DNA from: an uncultured Verrucomicrobiota bacterium
GTDB lineage: Bacteria > Auribacterota > JABMQX01 > JAFGEW01
DNA: 63,120 nucleotides
Assembly (NCBI GenBank): GCA_964500825.1
Contig: CAZCQN010000001.1
Coordinates: forward strand, 1 to 63,120
Reading direction: 5' to 3'
Part shown: positions 14,680-25,200 of the stretch, piece by piece
Layout of the letters: each line of letters starts with the position of its first letter
Position numbering within the stretch: position 1 is the stretch's first letter
Position numbers and translations under genes: made by a program
Notes under the pieces: generated by a model
Databases searched by the model: none
Told to the model about the DNA's origin: nothing
Seen by the model: the letters and a program-made list of their open reading frames with translations, nothing else

Positions 14680-15210
14680 CTATTCTTCGTCAGGTGGATT
14701 CGTTTGTTCGGTATCCATTCTCTCTGCCATAGCCCTAGCTTCATCAACGTGGGAAGATAGGAGTCGCGTTGCCAATTCCAATTGGGCTCCTTCCAGCTTC
14801 CCGTTCATGAGCTTGTGGATGAGGAACGCGCTCATTGAAGGTAATGCGGCTTCGTAGTCCTCCAGTTTCTGAATGCTCTGTTTCATTCTCTTCTTGTTGT
14901 CGTCGTCATGAAATATGCCCGCTTCGAAATCGGCTTCTTCTCTTGCCGAAACCATGAAGAGCGACGGAAACCTGTCTGTCACCATCTCCATGTTTCGGAC
15001 AACAAAATCAGGCTTTGTCGCCTCAGGAGGCAACTTGCCTGTCTCTTGTTTCATCTGACCTACCATCTCAGCAAGTGTCTCCGCAAAAGCTGTGCGAAGG
15101 ACTTTGCTTTCGGTTTTCTGAACCGGTGCATCCTGATTCATCTGCGGCCTAGTGCATCCCCCAGCAAGCAGGACACACATAGCCACGACCGTCATTACCG
15201 ATCTTATCAT
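14680..15210 (-). CDS. Hypothetical lipoprotein
   Basis: 176 aa. Signal peptide with lipobox MIRSVMTVVAMCVLLAGGC, then a helical soluble domain. Lower GC. Confidence 0.6.
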   Translation of the reverse strand: MIRSVMTVVAMCVLLAGGCTRPQMNQDAPVQKTESKVLRTAFAETLAEMVGQMKQETGKLPPEATKPDFVVRNMEMVTDRFPSLFMVSAREEADFEAGIFHDDDNKKRMKQSIQKLEDYEAALPSMSAFLIHKLMNGKLEGAQLELATRLLSSHVDEARAMAERMDTEQTNPPDEE

Positions 15211-15500
15211 TCTTCGCTCCTTCTGCCGAACGTCACGGCTAAGACGCGCTGTCTTCCGCGTCGCCTCGACCCGGTTGTTGTGTGAGATCCATCATCCAAC
15301 TCCCATTCCGTCCGAGCGTGCGGTCCCTCAAGAAACGAGGTCATGTCAAGAAATGTGTAAATAGGTTTCGGGTGCTGCCCTTCGAGGGACCTTGTAACAA
15401 ACTCATGAGCCAGTGGCGCGATCTCATGGCATCGCGACCCAAGGTGGAAGCCATAAGTCACTTGAAAAAAGGACTGGGATTCCCTTCCTGCCTCGCCCAT
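15207..15500 (-). CDS. Hypothetical protein (weak call)
   Basis: 97-aa ORF whose stop overlaps the lipoprotein start (ATGA). No recognisable motifs. Confidence 0.3.
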   Translation of the reverse strand: MGEAGRESQSFFQVTYGFHLGSRCHEIAPLAHEFVTRSLEGQHPKPIYTFLDMTSFLEGPHARTEWELDDGSHTTTGSRRRGRQRVLAVTFGRRSEE

Positions 15501-15517
15501 TCCCAGACCTTTCTCTC

Positions 15518-18500
15518 CTATTCGCGTTCCTCGATCTTGGTGATCGTGATGTCCTGCGTCACGTGCTCCTTGGGCGCGACCTCGATGATGATTTCGCGAG
15601 GGTCGGTCGTCGAGTTTACGGACACATATCGCCCCTCGTCGTTTTTCCGGTAGGCGTCAAGATCGAGCTTGTACTTGCCGGGGAAGACGCCCTCGAACTT
15701 GAATGTGTCCTTGCCGTGCAGTTCCACTCTCCGCGACACGCCTGCCGCCTTGTCCCTTCCTTCGAGCCTGACCCAGCACCTGACCTCGTCCCCTTCCGGA
15801 GGGGCATGGATCGTTCCGGAGATCGTGCCGGCCTCGGCAAAGTCGATGTTGATCTCCGTGTCTTCGACGCCCTTGACTTCGAAGTTGGGCAAGGAGGCGC
15901 CGAGGTAGGAGACGGTCAGCCGGTATGTCCCGACCGGCACGTGCTCGAACCGGTACCTACCACGGTAGTCGGTTCGGGTATTCTTGCTCTCCTGGCCGTT
16001 AAGTCTGAGCTCGACACCGCCTCGCAACTCCCCGTCGGAGTCTTTGACCCAGCCGAACACCACAGAGCCCCGCTCGAGCTTGATCTCAAGGTCCTCGACG
16101 GGCGCGTCCTCGCTGACGGCCAGGTCGCGCACCTCGATCGGGGCGTAGTCGGCGTGCGTCACCCGGAGCGTCACCTTTCCCGGCGTGACCCCGGTAAGCT
16201 CAAATTCGCCCCTCTTGTCGGTCGTGTCGCGGGGCGGCTTGCTGTACACCGCTCTTGGCACCACTTCAACCACCGCGTCCTGTACCGGATGGCCCGACTC
16301 ATCCACCACGACGCCCCGGATGACGCCGCCCTCGCCGATCAAGATCTCCTGCACCGCTTCAGCCCCGGCCGTCACCTCGAACGGTTCGGACCTGAAATTG
16401 GGAAGTCCTTCCGCCAGGATCCTTATCGCGTACTGGCCCGGCTTCAGGTCTTCGCACTGGAACAAGCCCTCCTCAGATTTGTATTCCTTGGCTACAGCAT
16501 AAGGAGGCTCCGGTCTCCAGCGACGGCCTTGGGCCCGGTCGAGGCTTAAGCGGAACTCCGTGACCGGGCTCCCATCCGAGGCCCGCCTGACGGACCCACG
16601 CACCGTCCCGGTCTCCGGCAGGTAGACAATTTGGACGACTTCTTCGCCCGCCACCACCTCGAACGGCTCGGTCCTATGCTTGACTCGACCCGCACCCCCA
16701 GGCAGGTCATATACCCACACCTCGATGGTCGATAGGCCCGCGGCCACATCCGCAAAGGAGAACGAGCCATCTTCCGAATGGAATGTTCTGACGGACGCTG
16801 CCCCATTCTCCTTCCCGCTAACACTAAGACGGAACTGCGTGACCGGGCTCCCATCCGGCTCCTGATACACGAAGCCGCTGACTGTGCCGAGTTCGACCGC
16901 CTTGAAGGTGAAATCGATGTCGTCGGCACTGCACGTGACTACCTGCCATTCCGGACCCACGCGGAGGAGCCCGGGCTTTTCATAGACCGACACCCAGCAC
17001 TGTTCTCCATCAACGAGACCGTCGAACCGGTAACGCCCGTCCGAGTCCGTGGCTACGTCGGGCCTTTCCGTTCCTCCGCGACGCCTGAACATGCGCACCC
17101 GGAGTCCAGCGAGCGGCTGGTCCTGGTCGTCGGTTACCCGTCCGGCAATATGGCCCAGAGCGGGAAGCGCCAAGTCGACGCCCGTTACCTTCTTGCCTTC
17201 GACGATGGGCACTGCGCCCGAAACGACCGCCCGCTCACCCAGACTCGCCTTGACCCGGTACGTGCCGTCCGCAACCGGGGACAAAACGTAACGGCCCTCC
17301 TCGTCGGTAAGGACAGACTTCAGTCTGACCTCCACGTAGGGAGCAAACCCAATGGGCGTCGTATCCAGCAGCTCCACCGTCACCGGCTCTTTCAGCTCCC
17401 CGCTCTCGTCGCGGATGGTCCCCTCGATGCTCGCGCCCGTCTTCTTCAGGACCACGACGACTTCCTTCGTCCCGCTGGTGACGCCGTCCGGCTCGAAGCT
17501 GACGTACGTGTTGGCGTACAGCGGATGGCTGACCAGCAGCCCCATGATCGGGCGGCCCGGGATGCGGCGGCGCATGACAAACGTGCCGTCTCCCTCCGAG
17601 AAGCCCGAGCCTGTCGGATACATGGACCACTGGCCCGATCTGTTCGTTCCCTCCTTGAGCACGACCAAGGCGCCGAAGATCGGCTCGCCCTCTTCATCAA
17701 CTATCTTAGCGGCGATGGCTGGTTTCTTGGCGACCCGGAGCTCGATCCCGGACTGATCCTCTCCCTCAACGACTTCGACAAGAAGGGATCCTTCTCCAGG
17801 ACTGGGATTGGCGAAATCGTATTCATCCGACCAGGCGTGAACGACATTTTCGCCCTCGGCAAGCCCGACAAGCGTGAAACGGCCCTCTTCACCGCTTTCC
17901 GTCAGGACGGCGCCCCGGCGAGAAGTCCTTGACTGCGCTCGTACACGCACGCCCGGCACAGGCGCATCCGTTTCGTCATCGAGCACAGTCCCCGATACGA
18001 TGGCGCCCTTGACCAGTTCAATTGTCACGGGCTGCGCCGGCCAGTCCGCCTCGGCGTGAACGGTTGGTTTCGTTTTCGAGTAGTACCCCTTCCACGAGGC
18101 GGACAATTCCGTGTCCATCCCGGGAAGGACCGAAACCTTGAACAAACCATCCGGGTCCGTCTCTACCGTTTCCCCCATGACCTCACCACCGAACTCGGCA
18201 CTCACCATGTCTGCTTGGACAACCCGTGATCTCACCTCAGCCCCGGCCACGGGCTCCCCTGTATCTGCGAGGAGAACAACGCCCTCGACGGTGCACGTGC
18301 GCGGCAAGCGCACGACGAGATCCTCCGTGCCCGCCTTCACCGGGGAGGGAACCCGCGCAGCAAAGCCTTCCGCCTTTGCACGGATAGAATACTTACCGGG
18401 CTGTAGGTTCTCAGCGCGGAACCGCCCCGTAGCATCGACGGCAACCTCAAGCTTGCCATCGCGCACAAAGTAGAGCGTCACGATTGCGTTCGGCACCGGC

Positions 18501-19108
18501 CCGCCTTCGGTATCCACCACGGTGCCCGCGATCACGGCCCCCGGCCTCAACACGAGGCGCACGCCCGTGACCGAGTCCCTTCCGGGCTGGTAGGTGACCG
18601 GATACCAGCATGGCGCCTGGAGGGGCAGTTGAAGCCCTGGCATGTAATAGCAGAGGTCTTTGCTCGTCGCCGTGATCAGCAGGCGCTTCTTCGGGAGGTC
18701 CCGGGCCCGGAAGTTCCCATCGGCATCCGTCTTGAGACGCCTCGCCACTGGAGTCCTTCTCGTCTCGCCATACTTGCGAAACCTCGCGTCGAAGCAGATG
18801 AGCACCTCCGCCTCCGCGATGCCCCGGCCAGCTTCGTCCACAACCTGGCCGGCGATCGTGTAGCCGGTCTTTAGCTGCGGCGCCTCGTCGAGCAACATCA
18901 CCGTGCTGTCCTCGTCAACCATCACATCCGCCCCGCCGGGCTCCCGGCCCGTCCGGGTCACATCGTCCGGGGACTCCTCTGGCCCTTTGGGTTCAACGCG
19001 CTGGCGATTCACACTCGAAATCAGCACGATCGCAATGACCACGATGAGTGTGAATACGATGCCGAATCCAACGGCAATGACTGGAATACGCCTTCTTGTC
19101 TTGCCCAT
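15518..19108 (-). CDS. Membrane-anchored protein made of ~12 tandem carboxypeptidase-regulatory-like (CarboxypepD_reg) beta-sandwich domains
   Basis: 1196 aa. N-terminal anchor IPVIAVGFGIVFTLIVVIAIVLI. Repeated pattern G.V.D..G.P..gA.V........TD..G.F.f..l.pG.Y.l, for example IAGQVVDEAGRGIAEAEVLI..TDADGNFRARDLP and VIRGVVVDESGHPVQDAVVEV..TDKRGEFELTGVTPGKVTLRV. Confidence 0.85.
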   Translation of the reverse strand: MGKTRRRIPVIAVGFGIVFTLIVVIAIVLISSVNRQRVEPKGPEESPDDVTRTGREPGGADVMVDEDSTVMLLDEAPQLKTGYTIAGQVVDEAGRGIAEAEVLICFDARFRKYGETRRTPVARRLKTDADGNFRARDLPKKRLLITATSKDLCYYMPGLQLPLQAPCWYPVTYQPGRDSVTGVRLVLRPGAVIAGTVVDTEGGPVPNAIVTLYFVRDGKLEVAVDATGRFRAENLQPGKYSIRAKAEGFAARVPSPVKAGTEDLVVRLPRTCTVEGVVLLADTGEPVAGAEVRSRVVQADMVSAEFGGEVMGETVETDPDGLFKVSVLPGMDTELSASWKGYYSKTKPTVHAEADWPAQPVTIELVKGAIVSGTVLDDETDAPVPGVRVRAQSRTSRRGAVLTESGEEGRFTLVGLAEGENVVHAWSDEYDFANPSPGEGSLLVEVVEGEDQSGIELRVAKKPAIAAKIVDEEGEPIFGALVVLKEGTNRSGQWSMYPTGSGFSEGDGTFVMRRRIPGRPIMGLLVSHPLYANTYVSFEPDGVTSGTKEVVVVLKKTGASIEGTIRDESGELKEPVTVELLDTTPIGFAPYVEVRLKSVLTDEEGRYVLSPVADGTYRVKASLGERAVVSGAVPIVEGKKVTGVDLALPALGHIAGRVTDDQDQPLAGLRVRMFRRRGGTERPDVATDSDGRYRFDGLVDGEQCWVSVYEKPGLLRVGPEWQVVTCSADDIDFTFKAVELGTVSGFVYQEPDGSPVTQFRLSVSGKENGAASVRTFHSEDGSFSFADVAAGLSTIEVWVYDLPGGAGRVKHRTEPFEVVAGEEVVQIVYLPETGTVRGSVRRASDGSPVTEFRLSLDRAQGRRWRPEPPYAVAKEYKSEEGLFQCEDLKPGQYAIRILAEGLPNFRSEPFEVTAGAEAVQEILIGEGGVIRGVVVDESGHPVQDAVVEVVPRAVYSKPPRDTTDKRGEFELTGVTPGKVTLRVTHADYAPIEVRDLAVSEDAPVEDLEIKLERGSVVFGWVKDSDGELRGGVELRLNGQESKNTRTDYRGRYRFEHVPVGTYRLTVSYLGASLPNFEVKGVEDTEINIDFAEAGTISGTIHAPPEGDEVRCWVRLEGRDKAAGVSRRVELHGKDTFKFEGVFPGKYKLDLDAYRKNDEGRYVSVNSTTDPREIIIEVAPKEHVTQDITITKIEERE

Positions 19109-19127
19109 CTCCCGGACCCTCCTCTTC

Positions 19128-19294
19128 TACTTGCGCTCCTCGATCTTGGTGATCCTGATGTCCTGCGTCACGCTCTCCTTGAGCGCGACCTCGGGGATCG
19201 GCTTGTCGGCGTCAGCCACCTCATTGTCAAAGCTTATCGACACCTGAAGCCCGTCAAGCGCCTTGCCCCATTCATCCGCCGGTTCCGTAGCTGA
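19128..19294 (-). pseudogene. Startless C-terminal remnant of another carboxypeptidase-regulatory-like paralog
   Basis: Immediately after the giant-gene TAG and in the same frame: SATEPADEWGKALDGLQVSISFDNEVADADKPIPEVALKESVTQDIRITKIEERK-stop. Compare the 1196-aa C-terminus DPREIIIEVAPKEHVTQDITITKIEERE. The nucleotide similarity of 19128-19200 to 15518-15590 is obvious by eye. Confidence 0.55.
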
Positions 19295-22200
19295 CTAGCT
19301 CGCTGGCGGCATGCCAGCGAGGAGGGCCTGGACGAGGGCGTTGACTTCCTGCTCGGTGAATTGGCCGATGATGATGCCCGCCTTGCTCAGGGCGGTCTTG
19401 ATGATCGGGGCGGAGACCACCTTGCCGCCGACCACGATCGCCAGGGCGTTGTTGATGTTGGCCTTCGTCAGGGCTGCGAACAGCTCTGCCCCGCGAGCAT
19501 CCAGTTCAAAGCCGATAGCCGGTTGGTCGCGACCGTCCTTCGTGGCGTAGACCTTCGCCAGGCCCCAAGCGTCTTTGCCTTCGCCGGGAACCATCGTCTG
19601 GCCAGGCTTGTCGGACACGAGCACATACTTCTGGCCGTCATGCTCGCCGGTCACCAACTGCTGCGAATTCGGCAGTTCACCAGAGATCGGTAGCCAGGCG
19701 TGATCCGGCACCCGGCCGCGGATTGGCCCGCCTTTCCACCAGAATCCCACCTTGCCAGCCTCGAGCCAGTCCATGTAGCTGGCCAGTTCTGCCTTGTCCA
19801 AGTCCGACGACTTCGGCGCGACGCGGAACTCCAGCTTGCTGCCAGCCGGCTGTGTTGTGGCCGACGGTTTGACAGATTCCACAATTTCCAGTGCTTGGCT
19901 GCTGCCGGAGCCTATCAGGCGCAGTTTCACATTGTATTGGCCGGGCTCAAACTGGATGATCCCTGACTTGCTACTGCTCCGGCGGCCGCGACGAGGGGCT
20001 TCAAACCAGCATTTCAACCCCGTTGGTATTCCACTCCAGTGGATGCAACCTTCTTCGTCGGTCCTGGCCCCAAACAGCACATTGGAAGCCGGCCAGGTCT
20101 TCTCGGCTGTTAGCCAGAGTCGGTGGTCAGGCAGGGGCTCGTCCTGCTGGTCCACAAGTTGAACTTGCGCCGAAGCAGCCGGGGCCATCTCAAAGTTCAC
20201 CGTCACAGGCTCCCCTGGCAGCACAACCTTTTCCGCTGGCCAATCCTGGAGAGTCTCTTTCGGTGGCATCTTGTTTGACATTCGGAGGTCACCCTGTCGG
20301 CAAAGGCTGGTCTCGAAGTAGCCCGCCTTCTCTGCGAAGATCACGGCAGCCTGGAAGTTGAGGGTCGGCCGCTCAAACAAGATGCCCGGGCCGAATCGCA
20401 AAGTATATCTGCCTTGGGCATCCGTTGTGGTAAACCCCGTACGCCTCAGCGTGTCCCAGCCAGCGCTGGCGCGGACGTTGACGTCCGGCATAGGTTCTCC
20501 TGAATCGCTGACAATGACTCCCTGAACGACAAAGCCGTCCGGTAATTCGTGATCTCTTGGCTGCGTGGCGGCCCTCAAGTAGGTCAACATAACCTCGTAA
20601 GTGAAGGCTGGCCCTTTGTAGTCGGGGAACAGAGCCTGGAACTCCTCCGCCAGACGGCGAGCGAGCGCCAGGTCCGGAGGCTTGCGGTCCAGGAGCAGGA
20701 CAATGCGCTTGGTGTAGGCTTGTCCAGCATAGCTGGCAAAAAAGTCGCTCAGGGAAGGATACTCTTTAGCCTTGGCGACGGCCGTGTCCGCGACGGCCGT
20801 GAGCAGTTCGTGTGCTTCTGCCAATCGCCCACGTTTGACCTCCACCTCCGCAAGATATGTCTGTGCCAAGAACCTCGTGACGCCAGCGGTCTTCCATCCT
20901 TCAAATGTGGTCGGCGGGGCAAGCGTCACTATCTCACGCAGCCGCATCTCGGCGGCATCCAGTTGTCCCGCTTCCATCTGAGCCCAAGCCAAGTTGATGT
21001 TCAGGATGCCCTCAATCGGAGTGCCGCGTGCCAACTTCAGTGCCGCCGTCAGGAGCCGCACCCCTTCCTCAAACTGACCCACCCGGGCATATTCAACGCC
21101 CAGGAGGTTCAATGTTCTCAGTCCCTCCGGTGTGAGGGGATATTTCCGAACAAAAGACTCGTAAATGGGAAACGGTGCGGCAAGACTCTTGCGCCAGTTG
21201 CTCAGTCGCAGTTCCTCCGGCTGGGCGAAGGTACTCGGGTTGGCCAGGATCGCCGCGCCGGATGCCCGACGGCCCTCGGCCGTTGCCTGGGCGTAGGCCT
21301 CGGCCGCGCCGGCGACGGGTTCAATCTTGACGCCAGGTTCTTCCGCCAGGGCCTCGATGTATTCCAAGAAGGCCTTGTCGATTTGCGGTTGCATGGCGGG
21401 CTGGGTGGCAGCGCAGCGATATGTAGGCCTGTCAAGCGCGTAATCGACAGCGACGGTCTTGTCGTCACCCGCTTTGACCTCAAGACTTACCGTCTTGATC
21501 GACTCTGGCCGATATAGTGACCACCAGTCGCGCACGCCAATCTCAGCTGTCAGCCGGCCCGGCGGAAGATGATCCAGCCGCAACTGGCCATGGTCATCAG
21601 CCCGCATGTAGATGGGCAGACCGTTCGGCAGTCGCAGGAGCACCGGCACCGAGGCCCCCGGCCAGCCTGACCGTCGGTCCACAAGCCGGATAGTCAGTGA
21701 CGCCCCCTCGAACCATTCGAGCTGGCCTTGGGCTATGACGCCGTCTCCCGCTAGGCGAATGGAGTCGGTCGAGCCGGCGATGAAGCCGTCATTCGGCCGA
21801 CTGTTCATGCTCAGCCGGTAGACACCGCCGGGGATATCCGGCCGGACGAAGTCCGCATTGGCTGGAGATGACCCGCCGTAGCCGTGGGTGCATGCAAATA
21901 TCCTGCCATCGCTTTCCCAGTATACCGGTCGGCCGTGAAGGGGGAAGAGGAGAGCCATTTCGAGCGGAGGCTCTTCGGTTATCTCTCGCCAGAGGTTCGT
22001 CTGAACGGGAATCTTCTGCGGCATCGGGGAAACGTCAACCGCTATCGTACCTGACCCCGGCAGTTCCCGAAAATGCCGCTTCTGCGCCAGGGCTTTGTAG
22101 TCCAGCTCGGTGAAAGAGCCGTTGGCTGGAGCGTCGGCCTCTGCAGGGCTGATCGTAACAGCGAAGCGCGCTCCCGCTGGCAGCTCCGGTGGCACGGCGA

Positions 22201-25200
22201 ACGCAAACGCCAGGTGCCCCGACTGAACCACTGGCAGGCCTATAACGACCCCCGAGTTTTCGATTACGACTTCCTTGCGAAGAGAGCCGTTCGCTGATGG
22301 CAACAGGTCCATGCCGATCCGCCATTTGCCCTTCGGATAGGAGATGAGCTGGCCATACAACTTGGCTGTGATTGCGACATCAGTCCGCTCAAACACGACA
22401 AAGGCCAGTCGCAAGACGGCCGGGTCTTGCCCGGCTCCGCCGGCCAGCAGGACTGGCACGATCTTGTTGAAGGCCACCTCACCTGTCATTCGCGCGGAAG
22501 AGGAGCTTAGCACTATGCACTGGCCAAGATGAATTCGGCTCCATTGTTCGTGCCGCTGTGCCTCTGTCAAATCCGCCGGCTGCGTGGCGGGCCAATCGGC
22601 GATGAATGTCTTCCCAACGACCTTGCCGTCCTTGACGGTCACTTCAAGCGTCGCCTTGTTGTCGGTCTCGTCGGCCTCGTGGATTTCGTTTCGCCAGTCC
22701 AGCTCAACGAATACCTCGTTGACGCCTTCGGTCAAGGCGAACGGCAGTGTGCGTTCACGGAAGGTCTCATTCGGCTTGATCGGTCCGGCTGTGTGCTCCG
22801 CCGGCTGGCTGCTGCCGGGCCGGCCACGGTAATAGAACCGTACGCCAAACGGCCCGGCCGGCCGGCTGCCTTTATTCTCGATCACGGCCGTGACGGTATA
22901 GAGCCCGCCTTCCGGATAGGGCTCAAGCCTTAGCCCTTCGGTGGCAAACGCCAACTCACATGAATCCGCCGGCTGCGCGGCCGGCTGGCCCGTTGGCGGC
23001 AAGCTCGGCTCTGCCGGGACAATCTCGATCTCGACCCGATTGCTGATGAAGCGGACAGGCGCTTCTTCGCCCGGCTTCGCCGACGGCGCAGTGAAGGCGA
23101 CGTAAACGGAGTGCTCCCCGACGGAAAGAGGCAGAGGCTTGTGGTCTTGCTTGCTCTGCCAGTGCTCATCCAGCGCGATCGGAATATCGCCGTAGTGCCG
23201 CCCCGGCCCAAACCCCGAACTCTTGACATCAACTTCACCCGCCCAGGCGTACCACTGCCCATCGAACTCGAGCTCGCACAGGGACTGGGACTGACAAACA
23301 AGAAGCTCTCGCTCGCCGCGGTTCCAGACATCGGCCTTGAAGGTTAGCGTGTCGCCGACCTTCCATTCGAGCTTGTCCGCCCGCAACCTGCAGTGCACGC
23401 CCTCGACCGCCGTGCCCCAGGCTCCCGGACGCGGCTTCAACTCAATGCGCACCGGCGGCGGGGGAGCATTCTCCGGTACCGTGACCTTGGCCGTGCCGAT
23501 GAAATCCGGCAGGCGCACACCGGTGTAGAATATGTTCGTTCGTGGCTCGGGGTTATATGCATAGACAATGACCGTGTAGGTGCCCGGCGGGATACGCGCG
23601 GTCTTGAACTGACCGTCCTCGCCACACGTGAGCGCATCAAATGTCGTCAGCTTCCACTCGTCGGTCTTGAGCGGGTCGCCAGTAGCCGCCGCGGGCTTGA
23701 CGTAGATCAAAGCGCCCGGCACACCGGCTTCCTTTAGACCGACCACCTCACCCGTGATCGGGTGGCCCGTCTTGCGCACGAACTCGACCTCGCTGGTCTT
23801 GCCTGCGTCGAGCGTGATCGTGCGGCGGTCGCACAACGCGCCACCGCCCTGCTGGCCGACACGCAGTTCCTTCATGCGAAACAGGTCATAGACCCCGGGC
23901 GTGACGTTGCTCAAGGTCGTCGTGCCCTTGTTCGCCACGGTTGGCTCCTGGAAGCTCCCCACGCCCTTCCAGTCCTTCATCTCCCGCGTTTTGAGGTGCA
24001 GGTGGAACTGGCCTGGGTCCTCGTCGCCCTCGATGTCATAGCGCAGGACAAGCGTCGCCGGCTGAGGGAGCGTGATGAGGATCTCCTCGTCGGGCTTTGT
24101 GAGCGGAACCTGCCAGACGTGAAGCGAAGGCGCCGAAACGGTGATCGAGTCCGCTCCTTCGCCAACGCCCGCAAGGACGAAGGCGCCCTCTTTGTCCGTC
24201 GTCGTCCTCGAGCAGTAGAAGCACTCGGCCTCACCGTCAACAAGGTGCAGCCCTTGGTAACCGCCGAGGAAAACCTTGGCCCCGGCGACGGGCTTGCTGG
24301 TGTGGTCCACGACCCGGCCGTGAACCTCGAGGCCGCGCTTGAGGCGAACTTCAAGATTCTGTGCGCTGGCAGGAGCGGTCAGCGGCTCAGGCGTGACGGG
24401 CTGGGGCAGATAACCGTCCGCAAGCACGCGCAGCCACAGTATCCGGCCTTTGTGCATTCCCTGCTGCACGCTGAAGCTGCCATTTTCGTGGAGGCTTGAG
24501 TGGTGAGTGCCCCCTCCCCAGCTAATCTTCGATGGGTCTTTCGGATCCGGCCACCCTTCCTGCAACGCGAAGCCCTTGACCAGCTCGCCTGTCTCATCGT
24601 CAACGACCCGGCCGCTCAACTCGACCGTCGCCTTTTCTGGGGCAGCCACTTCAGCAGCGTCGCTCTCGTCGGCAGCCTCGCCCCCCTCCCCCGCCGGCTG
24701 CGCGGCTGGCTGGGTAGCGGCCGGTTCTGTTCCGTCCAGCGCGTAGCGCACCCCGTTCGAATCCTCGACCACGACAGGCGAGTACTTGGGGCCGAGTTGC
24801 TTGAAGACCAGTTCGTCAGGCGGTAGAGGGATCTTCCTCCAGACGACCGCTGCTCCCGAGCCGCCTTGGGGAACACTCGCCGCGAGCGTGACACCCTCGG
24901 GCAGGGCAATCTTCCATCCCTCCGCACCGTTGATGAACACAGGGTCTTCCGCGAGAACGCCCTTTTCGAGGCCGTCGGCGTCGATTCTCTGGCCACCGAT
25001 GGTGGAGCCCTTGGGCAGCGTCGAATTCAACACCTGTCTTCTCAGAAGGAATACCGCCTGGCCGTCATCCGTGAACTTCACCAGCTCGTACCTGTAGGTC
25101 GTGTCACCTCTGTGGAGGACGTCCCTCCTGCTGATGACCTCCTCCTGGTCCGACTGAACAACGTGTATCGTGTACGGCTCGGTCACAACATCATGGCCAT

